Below are positions 25,209 to 36,732 of a DNA stretch of 64,000 bases, piece by piece (positions within the stretch are counted from its first letter, which is position 1; the number at the start of each line of letters is the position of its first letter). A program made the translations under genes and the position numbers. The notes under the pieces are model-generated. The model saw nothing but the letters and a program-made list of their open reading frames with translations. It did not search any database and was not told the DNA's origin. Origin of the DNA: Candidatus Multivorans sp. (GTDB lineage Bacteria; Acidobacteriota; Thermoanaerobaculia; Multivoradales; Multivoraceae); assembly GCA_965224025.1 (NCBI GenBank), contig OZ245033.1, positions 3,520,001 to 3,584,000 on the forward strand, written 5' to 3'.

Positions 25209-28142
25209 TCAGACGCGGAGTACCTTCATCACTTCGTCGCCGAGGTGGTTGATGACCTTGACGGCGACGCGGCCTGAACTTGGGCGCGGGAACGGGCGCG
25301 AGATATCGCTGTGGAGGGTCTCCCAGGCTTCGCGGTCTATCTCGGCTTTGAGGGTGGTCTTGAGGGACTGGTAGGGATCGTTGGCGCCAAGGAAGTAGGC
25401 GTGGCGCACGAAGAAGCTCTCGCCGTTGTAGTCGGTGTCGATGAACCAGCAGGCGATCCCGTCGGCGGAGTCGCTGCGGACCTTGCCGGTGCGGGGATCG
25501 AAGACGTCTACGCCGTTGAGCTTGACCTGGAACTGCTCTTCGCCACCGTTGTCGGCGGGTGCACGGAGGATGTCGATATCGGGTTCGCCGAAGATGACGA
25601 AGAGGTTGCCCTTGCCGGTGTTCTTGAGGTCCTCGGCCATGTGGAGGTCGGCGTTCATCCGGGCCTTGAGCACCGGAACCCGACCGAGCTTGCTGAACTC
25701 GGAGGCTTGGGCGTCGTAGCTGAAGGCGCAGGAGATTACGACGTCGAAGCCGGCGTCGGCGGCCTCCCGGGCTGCGTCGACGAGGTCGGGGCGCGTCACG
25801 CTCCCGAACTCCGGCCCGATCAGGATGCCGGCGCGGCGATCCTCTCCGCTTCCGGCCTCCAAGTAGGAACCTTCGGCTGCGATCATCTTGCCTGGCCAGC
25901 AGCATAGCGACGTGAACTTGATCCGATCTTCTCGATGCGCCTGCTGGACGCCGGCGATGCGGAGTTGTTCCAGGATCATGCCGCCGAAGTCCTGGCCGGT
26001 CCCGTTCGTCTTCCGCGCTTCCCCGATCGTGTCGACGAGATTGTCTTCCTCGTCGATGAGCAGCGAACGGTGGGGAGAGAGTGACTCGACCGTGAAGGGG
26101 CCTGCCACCCGCACCTTCTTCTTATCCTTGTAGGGCTTGTCGTACAGGTACTCGAAGTCGGCCTTCGCGGCTATCGAGGCATCGATCTCCTTCTGCCGGC
26201 CGATGCGGGCGTTCCAGAAGGTGGCCAGCGCGTCCCCGGCCTCTGCCGGCCAGTCGGCCGGACGGTCCCGGGGCACTTCCCATTCGAGCAGCGCGTTCGC
26301 GGGTGTTTCCTCGCCGGAAGGCAGCGTCGCCTTGGCGCCGGGCGGCGCCTGGAAGTCGATGGTCTCGCCCTTCCGCCCGCCGACCTCGACTTTCCAGGGC
26401 TCGCCATGCCCGGCGAGCGCCCGGTTCAGACGCTCAAGAGCGGCCTCGACCTTCGGTTGCAGCCGCTCCCAGATGACGTCGATCTCGGCGTTGTTGGCGA
26501 TCGCCTTGAGGGTGATGTGGGGAACGCTCTCGTAGACGAAGCCTTGCCGCAGCCTCCCGTAGGTGGCTGTCTGCTTCGGAGCGGTTCGAGTGATCGCCGC
26601 TTCCTTCTTCTGTCCTTCCTGGCTGTCGGCAAGGAGGTAGTACGCGTAGCGCGCGCCCATGACGCGGGCACGGGCCAGGGCGAGAGCCACGCGGGAGGTG
26701 TCGATCGTGATCCAGCGTCTGCCCCACTGCTCGGCAACGTACGCGGTGGTGCCGGAGCCGCAAGTGGGGTCCAGCACGAGATCGCCCGGGTCTGTCGTCA
26801 TAAGAAGGCACCGCTGAATCACTGTTTGTGATGTCTGGACGACATACGTCTTGTTGGCCATAAAACTCGCGCCAACATCATCCCAGCGGTTCGTGACCTT
26901 GAGAGCAGGAAAATCCGCCAACAAACGGACGTAGCCAACCCGCTGCCGAGTGGACTCTAGACGTGTAGCCGCCCTCAAACGTGACATGCCCTTTTGGTTC
27001 GTCTTCCATCGCACTGAAAGCGATGGTTTGAAGACGCGGCCGTGGAGATTGATCCCAAACCAGGAGGACGCACCCTCTCCTTTGTCTCGCCCGGAACTCT
27101 GCGAAGTCAAGTTATCGAGGCTGTACACATGGAGGTCGTCCGGCGATGCCGCGCCCGCCGATCGGGTTCGCCCGAGGGGCTGACTACGTCCCATGCGGTC
27201 CCGAACACGATTGTAGTTCGTGCCGCCGGGCTTTCCCGCTTCCTTACGTCTAAGCAATGTTCGGTACTTCGCCTGGCGCTTGTCTCGGCAGTACCAGAGC
27301 AGATAGTCCGTCGTCTGCCCAAGAAAAGCCTCCGTAGAGCCGGTCGTCTTGGCGAATCCGACCAAAGACACGAAGTTCTCCTCCCCGAACACCTCATCCA
27401 TAACCGCCCGCACGCGATGCACGTTCTCGTCCCCAATCTGCACGAACACCGACCCGCTCTCCGTCAACAGCTCCCGCGCCACCGTCAGCCGGTCCCTCAG
27501 GTAGCTCAGATACGAGTGGATGCCGTCCCGCCAGGTATCCCGGAACGCCTTGACCTGCTCCGGTTCCCGGGTGATGTGATCCGCCTTGCCGTCCTTCACG
27601 TCCCGGCTGGTCGTGGACCACTGGAAGTTCGAGTTGAACTTGATGCCGTAAGGCGGGTCGATGTAGATGCACTGGACCTTGCCTCGGAGACCCTCCCGGT
27701 CAGCCAGTGACGCCATGACCTGGAGCGAATCGCCCAGGATCATCCGGTTCGACCAGTTCGCTTCGTGCTGGTAGAACTCGGTGCGCGCCTCCGGCGACGG
27801 CAGGCCGTTGAAGTCGTCGAACAGCGACGCCTGGTCCTCCGGCGCCTTGCCCTCTGCGGCGACCCGCTTCAGGTCGTCGATCAGGGCCTTCGGGTGGACC
27901 TTCTCCTGGATGAAAAGCGGCGGCGCCTGGACCTCGAACTCGTCGTCGTAGTTCTTGCCGCGCCAAACGAGTTGCGGATCGAGGTCGCGGTTCCGCCGTT
28001 TGACCGCGCGACGAATCGGCGTCTGCTCCTCCGCCGACATGACGGACTGGTGCTCCGCCGAAGGCAGGTTCGGCCGCTTCGCCTCATCGTGGCGGAAGGA
28101 CTCGACCCGCTTGGGCTGCTTGTATCCGCGCTTCCTCGGCAC
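25209..28142 (-). CDS. mod: Type III restriction-modification DNA methyltransferase (Mod, beta-class amino-MTase)
   Basis: YIDPPYG (motif IV) precedes DPTCGSGTT (motif I), with a variable TRD between them and a long C-terminal extension. GTG start inferred. Confidence 0.9.
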   Translation of the reverse strand: MPRKRGYKQPKRVESFRHDEAKRPNLPSAEHQSVMSAEEQTPIRRAVKRRNRDLDPQLVWRGKNYDDEFEVQAPPLFIQEKVHPKALIDDLKRVAAEGKAPEDQASLFDDFNGLPSPEARTEFYQHEANWSNRMILGDSLQVMASLADREGLRGKVQCIYIDPPYGIKFNSNFQWSTTSRDVKDGKADHITREPEQVKAFRDTWRDGIHSYLSYLRDRLTVARELLTESGSVFVQIGDENVHRVRAVMDEVFGEENFVSLVGFAKTTGSTEAFLGQTTDYLLWYCRDKRQAKYRTLLRRKEAGKPGGTNYNRVRDRMGRSQPLGRTRSAGAASPDDLHVYSLDNLTSQSSGRDKGEGASSWFGINLHGRVFKPSLSVRWKTNQKGMSRLRAATRLESTRQRVGYVRLLADFPALKVTNRWDDVGASFMANKTYVVQTSQTVIQRCLLMTTDPGDLVLDPTCGSGTTAYVAEQWGRRWITIDTSRVALALARARVMGARYAYYLLADSQEGQKKEAAITRTAPKQTATYGRLRQGFVYESVPHITLKAIANNAEIDVIWERLQPKVEAALERLNRALAGHGEPWKVEVGGRKGETIDFQAPPGAKATLPSGEETPANALLEWEVPRDRPADWPAEAGDALATFWNARIGRQKEIDASIAAKADFEYLYDKPYKDKKKVRVAGPFTVESLSPHRSLLIDEEDNLVDTIGEARKTNGTGQDFGGMILEQLRIAGVQQAHREDRIKFTSLCCWPGKMIAAEGSYLEAGSGEDRRAGILIGPEFGSVTRPDLVDAAREAADAGFDVVISCAFSYDAQASEFSKLGRVPVLKARMNADLHMAEDLKNTGKGNLFVIFGEPDIDILRAPADNGGEEQFQVKLNGVDVFDPRTGKVRSDSADGIACWFIDTDYNGESFFVRHAYFLGANDPYQSLKTTLKAEIDREAWETLHSDISRPFPRPSSGRVAVKVINHLGDEVMKVLRV

Positions 28143-28144
28143 CG

Positions 28145-28528
28145 TCAGCGCTCGGCGTCCGATGCCGCCGGGGAACCACCCGTCGTCCCGGCAAGGCTGG
28201 CGTCGTCGACATGCTCGGGAAGTTCTTGCGCAGGCGACCTCCCGCGCTCCCGGTCCGCCCCGACGACCGGATGCTTCGATGCCTGCCGGTACAGGTACTC
28301 CGGGGCGAGATCGGCGCCGGTCGGCCACGCGATCGTGTTCCACTCGCGATCGAGACGGAAGGAACGAAAGAGGGCCTGATCCCTCAGGGGTCGGAACACC
28401 TCACCGGAAAGGTGATCCCCCATGTCCAGGACGCCCACGCAGCCATCGTCGAACTCCAGGCGAATCCTGTACGCCTCGAGCCAGGTCGCAGACACCAGTC
28501 TCGGCGTCACCTCGTCAAACCAGCCCAT
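28145..28528 (-). CDS. DUF2442 family protein
   Basis: YRIRLEFDDG...GEVFRPL...TIAWPTGADLAPEYLY. Confidence 0.85.
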   Translation of the reverse strand: MGWFDEVTPRLVSATWLEAYRIRLEFDDGCVGVLDMGDHLSGEVFRPLRDQALFRSFRLDREWNTIAWPTGADLAPEYLYRQASKHPVVGADRERGRSPAQELPEHVDDASLAGTTGGSPAASDAER

Positions 28529-28775
28529 CGATCCGATCGAGGGACCTTCCCTCGCGCGCCCTTGTCCAGTTGTCGTGAAGCGCCTCCCGGTGCATCTCCA
28601 GCCACTCGGAAACCAGACCCTGCACCCTCGGAGGCAAACGCCCTGCCAGCCTTTCACCGGTGTCTACGGCGAACTGAGCCTCCTCTCCGTCGTACCTCGC
28701 GTGAAAGTGAGGAGGCGCGTGGTCGTTGTAATGCATGGCGATCACGATACCGAAGAACCTGCTGATCTCGGGCAT
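28515..28775 (-). CDS. DUF4160 family protein
   Basis: MPEISRFFGIVIAMHYNDHAPPHFHARY. Confidence 0.9.
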   Translation of the reverse strand: MPEISRFFGIVIAMHYNDHAPPHFHARYDGEEAQFAVDTGERLAGRLPPRVQGLVSEWLEMHREALHDNWTRAREGRSLDRIDGLV

Positions 28776-28936
28776 GGGCTCAGGCAGGTTCCGTCGCGCG
28801 AATGCGCGCGGTTACATCCCGAGTCTCGGCGCTGGCTTCGGGCGTCCCGGTTTCCTCCGGTGCTTCCCCGCCAGTCTTCGCCAGTACTGCCATCAGTCGC
28901 ATTCTGCCAAACAGCCGAACTCAGGGCCACGCCACC

Positions 28937-31900
28937 CTACGCCGCCGGTGCGGCCCCCGCCGCATGGCCCTGAACTAGCCGGTCGAAGCCCGCCGCCACG
29001 TCGAACACGTCCGTGAATTCGGCGAACGCCCACCGGCCGTGGGAACCGAGGTTGTTCACTCCCTCGACCCAGTAGGTCTCCGCCGCTTCCTTCTTCGCCT
29101 TCGCGTCTTCCCCGCGGAGTCCCTTGATCTCCACCAGGAGCTGCAGGGGGTCTTCGCGGCCCCGGCCGTCGTCGACCAGCACGATGAAGTCCGGCCGGTA
29201 GCGACGAGCGATCGAGCCATGGAGGTAGGGGATCTCCAGACCCAGGCGGTCGTTCTTCACGTAGGCGAATACCCGGTCATGCGCTTCGGCCACTCGGCAG
29301 AATTCGCCCTCCCACTCGCTGTCGAGCACGGCGTGGTCGACGTGGCAGCGGCGGGGATCGGTCCGGTAGCACCTCTTGGAGGTAACGAAGTGCACGTCCG
29401 CCGTCGTGCCGGTCGGTTGGTACGGATCGAGAACCGCGAGGACGGGGCGCTCCTCCTGCTGCCTGCGGACGATCGCGGCGTGGATTTTCCCGCACGCCAT
29501 GTCGGCCAGTTCACGGTACACGAGCTGGTTCGCGTGGGTGCCTCCCTCGCATTCGAGGTGGGAATCCAGCCATTGCCGCGTGACTCGCTTGAGCTTGCCG
29601 AACAGCGGGTAGTTGAAGTCGCCGTCGCTGTCCCGGTACTTCGTCTCCAGAAGTCTCACGGTGAGGCGGAAGATGAGCGACGACCGCCGGTAGTCGTCCA
29701 GGTGTTCGAGATCGAGGTCGGCCCCCTCGCCGATGATCCCCTCGTTGCGAGTGATCGTCGCGCCGACGAGTTCAGGAGTCAGCGTGAGCGTCGAGTCGGC
29801 CGTGAACTCCGCGGTGACGTGATCATCGGGGAGTTCCACGCGGTAGCCCTCGACCCGGGGGAAGCGGATCTCCGCATGGTCGCGGTCCGGGCTGATCGCC
29901 CGCACGGCGATCGTCGGCTTCACGACCGGCCGCGGCGCAGGCACCGGCTCCGCGGTGAAGTCGAAGGGCACGCCGAACACGTCGGCGTACTCGACGTCGA
30001 AGAGGCCGTGGTCGTTCAGTTCGTACGACTGGCGCCTGAGCGCCCGGCCGATCACCTGCTCGCACAGGAGCTGGGTGCCGAAGGCGCGCACGCCGAGGAT
30101 GTGGGTGACGGTGTTCGCATCCCAGCCTTCGGTGAGCATGGAGACCGAGACCACACAGCGGATCGAGCCGCCGAGCTGGCCCGGCTTTCCAACCGTGTTC
30201 ATGACTTCGCGCAGCAGATCCTCGTCGGTCAGGCTTCCGGCCTTCACCAGGTCTCCGGTGCGGTCCATCTCCTCGCGGCGGAAACGCTCGATCTCGTCCG
30301 CCGCGGCGACCCGGAACGCCTTGTCCAGCCCCTCGCCCGACTCGAGTTGAGCGCTGTCGATGAGCAGCGTGCGGGGCCGCGGCAGCGCGTTGCCGTGGAT
30401 GTCGAAGTTCCTGAACAGCTCGAACCGCCCGTGCTCGAACTTCGTGCTCCCGTCTTCGCGCTCCCGGTCGTAGCCGGAGATGTAGTCGTAGAGCAGCTTC
30501 GATGTCGATGTGTTATTGCAGACCACGATGAAGCACGGGGGACTCACGATGTCCGCCTCGCGCCAGGCCTCGTACACCCCCTCGTAGTGGCCGTAGAGCG
30601 CGTCCAGCGCATTCTGGAGCGGCAGCGGCAGGTTCTGGGGGTCGAGTCCCGCGGCGCCAGCGGTCCGCCTTCCCTTGGGCATCTTCCTGCCGATGTGCCT
30701 CCAGAGTTCCCGGTACATCGGCACGTCGGCGCTCGGCAGGTCGTCCGCTACCGGCACGCGCGGGAGCTTGACGATGCCGCTCTCGATGGCGTCCATCAGC
30801 GAGAAGTCGCTCATCGTCCACGGAAACAGCGTGCCCTCGGCATAGCCCGAGCCGCGCAGGAAGAACGGCGTCGCCGAGAGGTCGAACACGCGGCTCAGCC
30901 CCAGACGGCGGTGAATGCTCTCCAGCCCGGAGATCCACACCCGCGCCGCTTCCTTGTTCGCCTTCGCCTCCTGAAGGTCGTCGTGCTTCGGCTTGGCCTC
31001 CTCCGGGTCGCCGGGCCGTTCCCGATAGCAGTGGTGAGCCTCGTCATTGAAGACGACGATGTTCTTCATGCCCATGAGGTCCGGAACGACCCGCTGGAGC
31101 ATCTGGCCTTCCGTTTCGAGGGTGTCGAGATCCTCCCCGCCGCGACCCCGCAGGAGGGATCGGGCGCCTTTCGACAAGGCCATCCGCTCGCGCCGCTGGA
31201 AGGCGTGGAAGTTCGTGACGACGATCTTCGCGCGGTCGACGTCCGAGACCATGTCCGAAGGAACCAGCCCGCGTCGCCGGTAGTAGTTGTCGGGATCGTT
31301 GGGCTGGAGCACCCGCAGCCGATCGCGGATCGTCAGGCCCGGCGCCACGATCAGAAAGCCGCGGGAGAAGTACGGGCTTCCCGGTCGACGGACCGCGTTG
31401 ACCGTCTGCCACGCGATCAGCATCGCCATGACCATCGTCTTGCCGGCGCCGGTGGCGAGCTTGAGCGCGAGCCGCGGCAACTCACCGTGCTCGGTGTTGA
31501 CTTCCTCCAGCCGCCTCAGAAAGCGGCGGGTCCTGGTGTCCCGCCTCTTCGGAGCCACTTCCGTCAACCAGACGGCCGTCTCCACCGCCTCCACCTGGCA
31601 GAAGAAGGGCCGAATGTCGTTCCAGCCCTCCTCGCGCCGCCAGTGCTGCAGGAGTCGCGCCGTCTCCGGCGTCACCTGCCATTGGGTGGGGCTAGGGAGT
31701 TGGCGCCAGCGGGTGACTTCGGCGCGCAGGTCCTGGATCACCCGCGCCAGGTCGAACTTGGCCCCGTCGGCTTCGTCCGGGTCCCCAGCGAGTTCCAACT
31801 GCGTACCGCCGCCGCGTTTCCTTGGCGACGGAATCGGCGAATCGAACCGGACTTGCCGGCGCGTCTCGATCAACCGATGGGTCGGCTGGCCGTTGCCGTC

Positions 31901-31972
31901 GAGTTCCCAGTTGCGCGACGGCGCCTCGTAGGGGGAGTTGAGGATCGGCTGTTCGAAGAACTTCGGGTTCAT
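28937..31972 (-). CDS. res: Type III restriction endonuclease Res subunit (SF2 helicase plus PD-(D/E)xK nuclease)
   Basis: ATGAGKT, NDEAHH, LSATP, MLTEGWD, QVIGRALR, C-terminal YRPDF...VEIKG. Confidence 0.92.
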   Translation of the reverse strand: MNPKFFEQPILNSPYEAPSRNWELDGNGQPTHRLIETRRQVRFDSPIPSPRKRGGGTQLELAGDPDEADGAKFDLARVIQDLRAEVTRWRQLPSPTQWQVTPETARLLQHWRREEGWNDIRPFFCQVEAVETAVWLTEVAPKRRDTRTRRFLRRLEEVNTEHGELPRLALKLATGAGKTMVMAMLIAWQTVNAVRRPGSPYFSRGFLIVAPGLTIRDRLRVLQPNDPDNYYRRRGLVPSDMVSDVDRAKIVVTNFHAFQRRERMALSKGARSLLRGRGGEDLDTLETEGQMLQRVVPDLMGMKNIVVFNDEAHHCYRERPGDPEEAKPKHDDLQEAKANKEAARVWISGLESIHRRLGLSRVFDLSATPFFLRGSGYAEGTLFPWTMSDFSLMDAIESGIVKLPRVPVADDLPSADVPMYRELWRHIGRKMPKGRRTAGAAGLDPQNLPLPLQNALDALYGHYEGVYEAWREADIVSPPCFIVVCNNTSTSKLLYDYISGYDREREDGSTKFEHGRFELFRNFDIHGNALPRPRTLLIDSAQLESGEGLDKAFRVAAADEIERFRREEMDRTGDLVKAGSLTDEDLLREVMNTVGKPGQLGGSIRCVVSVSMLTEGWDANTVTHILGVRAFGTQLLCEQVIGRALRRQSYELNDHGLFDVEYADVFGVPFDFTAEPVPAPRPVVKPTIAVRAISPDRDHAEIRFPRVEGYRVELPDDHVTAEFTADSTLTLTPELVGATITRNEGIIGEGADLDLEHLDDYRRSSLIFRLTVRLLETKYRDSDGDFNYPLFGKLKRVTRQWLDSHLECEGGTHANQLVYRELADMACGKIHAAIVRRQQEERPVLAVLDPYQPTGTTADVHFVTSKRCYRTDPRRCHVDHAVLDSEWEGEFCRVAEAHDRVFAYVKNDRLGLEIPYLHGSIARRYRPDFIVLVDDGRGREDPLQLLVEIKGLRGEDAKAKKEAAETYWVEGVNNLGSHGRWAFAEFTDVFDVAAGFDRLVQGHAAGAAPAA

Positions 31973-32005
31973 GAGTTAGGGGCTTGGCTGATGACGGACC
32001 GGGAG

Positions 32006-32035
32006 AATGCGGGCGAGACGCCCGCGTTCCCAGGG
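32006..32035 (+). repeat. REP-like palindrome, copy 2
   Basis: AATGCGGGCGAGACGCCCGCGTTCCCAGGG, nearly identical to 39291-39322. Confidence 0.75.
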
Positions 32036-32037
32036 TT

Positions 32038-32994
32038 CTACCGCGGCGCCAGGTCGCGGATCGTCTGCCGCAGATCGTCGCCCGGGTGCTGGAGCGCCAG
32101 GGCCGGCGTATGGACACCCGCCTCGATGTACTGCTGGATGCGCTCGCGGCACTTTCCGGGAGAGCCGATAATGAAGATGTCGTGGAGCGCTTCCTCGGGG
32201 ATCACCTCGACCGCCTTCTTGCGGTCGCCGGCGGCCCAGGCGTCCCACATCGGCCCGAGCAGCTCGCGGCGGCCGAGCCAGTCGTGGAAGGCGGCGTAGA
32301 CAGGGACGTTCAGGTAGGCGGCCATGCCGCGGCGAGCGACGTAGTCGATGATCCCCTTGTCCTCGGTCGGCAGAACGAAGATCCGGGCCGCGATCTCCTT
32401 GCCGGGCCCACCCGCGTGGACGTAGGGGACGACGGTCTTCACGTCGTCGGGAGACAGCCAGTTCAGGATCGCGCCGTCCCCCTCGCGACCAGCCATCCTG
32501 AGCATGCCCTGCCGCAGCGCCGCGACCAGGATCGGTGGGCATTCCTCAAGTGGCCTCCCCATGCGAAAGCCGCGCACGTTGAAGGTCTCGAACTCCTCGT
32601 CGATCCGGTCGCCGGTGAGCGCCTTCTTGAGGAACCGCACCATGTCCCGGGTCTTGTAGTAGGGCCGCTCGAAGGGGATGTCGTTCCAGTTCTCGACGAT
32701 CACGTTCGAGGAGGTGCCGATGCCCATGACGAAGCGTCCGGGCGCCGCCTCGGCCATCGCGCCGACCGTCTGGGCCATCAGTGCGGGACCGCGGGTGTAG
32801 GCGGGAATGATCGCGACGCCAAGGCGAGCCGTGGGCGCCCAGATCGACGCCTGCACGAGAGGCGTGAAGCCGTCGGTGCCGTTCGATTCAGAGGACCAGA
32901 AGTCGGTGTAGCCCAGGTCCACCATCTCCTTGATCAGGTCCTCCTGCTCCGCCAGGGGCAGGCCGAATGGGATCGTCATTCCGTATCGCTGCAT
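32038..32994 (-). CDS. LLM-class (probably F420-dependent) oxidoreductase
   Basis: GYTDFWSSE...DGFTPL, RGPALMAQ, GRFVMGIG, PPILVAAL; luciferase-like fold. Confidence 0.87.
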   Translation of the reverse strand: MQRYGMTIPFGLPLAEQEDLIKEMVDLGYTDFWSSESNGTDGFTPLVQASIWAPTARLGVAIIPAYTRGPALMAQTVGAMAEAAPGRFVMGIGTSSNVIVENWNDIPFERPYYKTRDMVRFLKKALTGDRIDEEFETFNVRGFRMGRPLEECPPILVAALRQGMLRMAGREGDGAILNWLSPDDVKTVVPYVHAGGPGKEIAARIFVLPTEDKGIIDYVARRGMAAYLNVPVYAAFHDWLGRRELLGPMWDAWAAGDRKKAVEVIPEEALHDIFIIGSPGKCRERIQQYIEAGVHTPALALQHPGDDLRQTIRDLAPR

Positions 32995-33110
32995 CGTCTG
33001 CAAGCCTCCACAGCGGCGGCCAGGGCCGCAGCTCTAGATGTTCCGGTTCGGGGTTGTCGAGCCCGGATTGTAAGGCAGAGCGGCAGCCTGGCCGCGGGGC
33101 GTCCCCGCTT

Positions 33111-33143
33111 CCCGGGAACGCTGGCATCCCTGCCCGCATCCGG
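33111..33143 (-). repeat. REP-like palindrome, copy 3 (degenerate)
   Basis: Reverse complement reads CCGGATGCGGGCAGGGATGCCAGCGTTCCCGGG. An adjacent GCGGGG-CGT-CCCCGC hairpin in opposite orientation lies at about 33094-33108. Confidence 0.6.
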
Positions 33144-33223
33144 CGCGGATCGACAATAGACCGGCTCTCCTATACTGACCGCCCTCGCACGCCGCAACAC
33201 GAACCGCCTGGAGACCTCGCGCC

Positions 33224-34354
33224 ATGGGACCACTCGACGGCTACCGCATTCTCGAAATCGCCGGCATCGGACCCGGCCCCTTCTGCGCCATGGTGCTCTC
33301 CGATCTGGGCGCCGAGATCGTCCGTATCGACCGGAAAGCGTATGCCGGACGCGGCTCCAAGTTCGACGTGCTGAACCGAGGGCGGCGCTCCCTGGGCATG
33401 GACCTCAAGCGACCGGAAGCGGTCGAGGCGGTGCTCGACATGGTGGAACGGGCGGACGGCTTGATCGAGGGTTTCCGTCCGGGCGTCATGGAGCGGCTGG
33501 GACTAGGCCCGGACGTGTGCCTTGAGCGGAACCCCAAGCTCGTCTTCGGACGGATGACCGGTTGGGGGCAGAACGGCACGATCGCTCATGCCGCGGGCCA
33601 CGACATCAACTACATCGCCCTCTCAGGGGTACTGCATTCGATCGGCAACAACGGCGGCAAGCCGGTGCCGCCGATCAACCTGGTAGGCGACTTCGGCGGC
33701 GGCGGCATGCTGCTCGCCCTGGGCGTGGTCGCGGGCCTGCTCGAGGCCCAGAAGTCCGGCAAGGGCCAGGTCGTGGACGCCGCGATGACGGACGGCTCGG
33801 CGCTGCTTCTCGCCGCCGTCATCGGCATGCGCGGCGCCGGCGTGTGGAAGGACGACCGGGGATCGAATCTGCTCGACAGTGGTTCTCATTTCTACGACAC
33901 CTACGAATGCGCCGACGGAAAGTACGTCTCGGTCGGCTCGCTCGAGCCGCGGTTCTACGCCCTGCTGCGCGAAAAGGCGGAGTTGACCGGCAACGAGTGG
34001 GACGACCACATCGTGAACCGCGACCGCTGGCCCGACCTCTCCGCCAGGCTGGCCGAAGTGTTCCGCACCAGGACCCGCGACGAGTGGTGCCAGATCATGG
34101 AGGGCAGCGATGTGTGCTTCGCGCCGGTACTCACCATTGGCGAGGCGATCGAGCATCCGCACAACCGGTCCCGCCGGACGTTCGTGGAGGTCGACGGCGT
34201 GCCGCAGCCGGCGCCGGCACCCCGTTTCAGCCGCACGGAGGTGGCGGTCCAGGGGCCGCCGCCCAAGGCCGGCGAGCACAGCGACGCCGTGCTGGCGGAC
34301 TGGGGGTTCAGCGGGGAGAGAATCGACGGTCTGCGCGCGGCGGGAGCGATCTGA
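33224..34354 (+). CDS. CaiB/BaiF CoA-transferase family (alpha-methylacyl-CoA racemase-like)
   Basis: [34 protein letters not shown]. Confidence 0.92.
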   Translation: MGPLDGYRILEIAGIGPGPFCAMVLSDLGAEIVRIDRKAYAGRGSKFDVLNRGRRSLGMDLKRPEAVEAVLDMVERADGLIEGFRPGVMERLGLGPDVCLERNPKLVFGRMTGWGQNGTIAHAAGHDINYIALSGVLHSIGNNGGKPVPPINLVGDFGGGGMLLALGVVAGLLEAQKSGKGQVVDAAMTDGSALLLAAVIGMRGAGVWKDDRGSNLLDSGSHFYDTYECADGKYVSVGSLEPRFYALLREKAELTGNEWDDHIVNRDRWPDLSARLAEVFRTRTRDEWCQIMEGSDVCFAPVLTIGEAIEHPHNRSRRTFVEVDGVPQPAPAPRFSRTEVAVQGPPPKAGEHSDAVLADWGFSGERIDGLRAAGAI

Positions 34355-34364
34355 GGAGATGACC

Positions 34365-35906
<1,542 letters not shown>

Positions 35907-35916
35907 GTCCGTGACC

Positions 35917-36291
35917 ATGAAGGACCGAGAGACTCGACCATTTCGCGGGCGAGTCATGCCCGCCGTAACCCCCAACGTCCTCGACCGCATGGTCCGCGCC
36001 ATCGTCGACGAAGTGGACCCCGAACAGGTCATCCTGTTCGGTTCCCGCGCACGCGGCGAGGCACGGGACACGTCGGACATCGACCTGCTCGTGATCGAGG
36101 GGGAACCGTTCGGACCCGGGCGGAGCAGGCACAAGGAGATGAACCGGCTCTATCGGGCGCTGAGGGAGTTCCGGCCGCCGACGGACGTGCTCGTCTTCTC
36201 CCGTGCGGATGTCGAGTACTGGCGGGACTCGCTGAACCATGTCCTGGCGCGGGCGCTGCGGGAGGGGAAAGTGCTCTATGAGCGACCCTAA
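35917..36291 (+). CDS. Minimal nucleotidyltransferase (MNT) antitoxin
   Basis: ILFGSRARG...SDIDLLVI. Start is 35917 or 35956. Confidence 0.87.
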   Translation: MKDRETRPFRGRVMPAVTPNVLDRMVRAIVDEVDPEQVILFGSRARGEARDTSDIDLLVIEGEPFGPGRSRHKEMNRLYRALREFRPPTDVLVFSRADVEYWRDSLNHVLARALREGKVLYERP

Positions 36292-36694
36292 GTGCGCGCG
36301 GATGATGCTCGACTCGGCCGCGAAGGACCTGCGGTCCATGCGGCTTCTGGAAGATGAAGGGCCGGAGGAGTCGTTCGGCTTCCACCTGCAGCAAGCCGGG
36401 GAGAAAGCGCTCAAGGCATGGATCGCGATCCCGGGCGGACTGTACGAGTTGACCCACAGCCTTGAGACGCTGCTTGACCAGCTCGAGAAGTGCGGCGCCG
36501 ATGAGGCTGACGTCGAGCGCTTCCTCGGCATCGCCGGCTTCACGCCCTACGCGGTGGAGTTCCGCTACTTGGGAGTGGATGAGGATACGGAACCGATCGA
36601 CCGGGCCAGCGCCATCGCTCTGGCAACCGAGCTGCTCGATCACGTGCGAGCCGACCTCGCGGCGGTCGAGGAGAAGCGTTCGGGCGACGGCTGA
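36278..36694 (+). CDS. HEPN domain protein (toxin partner)
   Basis: FHLQQAGEKALKA, THSL, YAVEFRY. Overlaps the MNT gene. Confidence 0.85.
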   Translation: MSDPKCARMMLDSAAKDLRSMRLLEDEGPEESFGFHLQQAGEKALKAWIAIPGGLYELTHSLETLLDQLEKCGADEADVERFLGIAGFTPYAVEFRYLGVDEDTEPIDRASAIALATELLDHVRADLAAVEEKRSGDG

Positions 36695-36732
36695 AGCGGA
36701 GCGGTTCTCTCCACACCGCTGAGTCCTCGCCT

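Noticed and set aside
20430-32035. Defence island as an integrative mobile element
   Set aside because: No integrase, transposase, tRNA target or flanking direct repeats found by eye.
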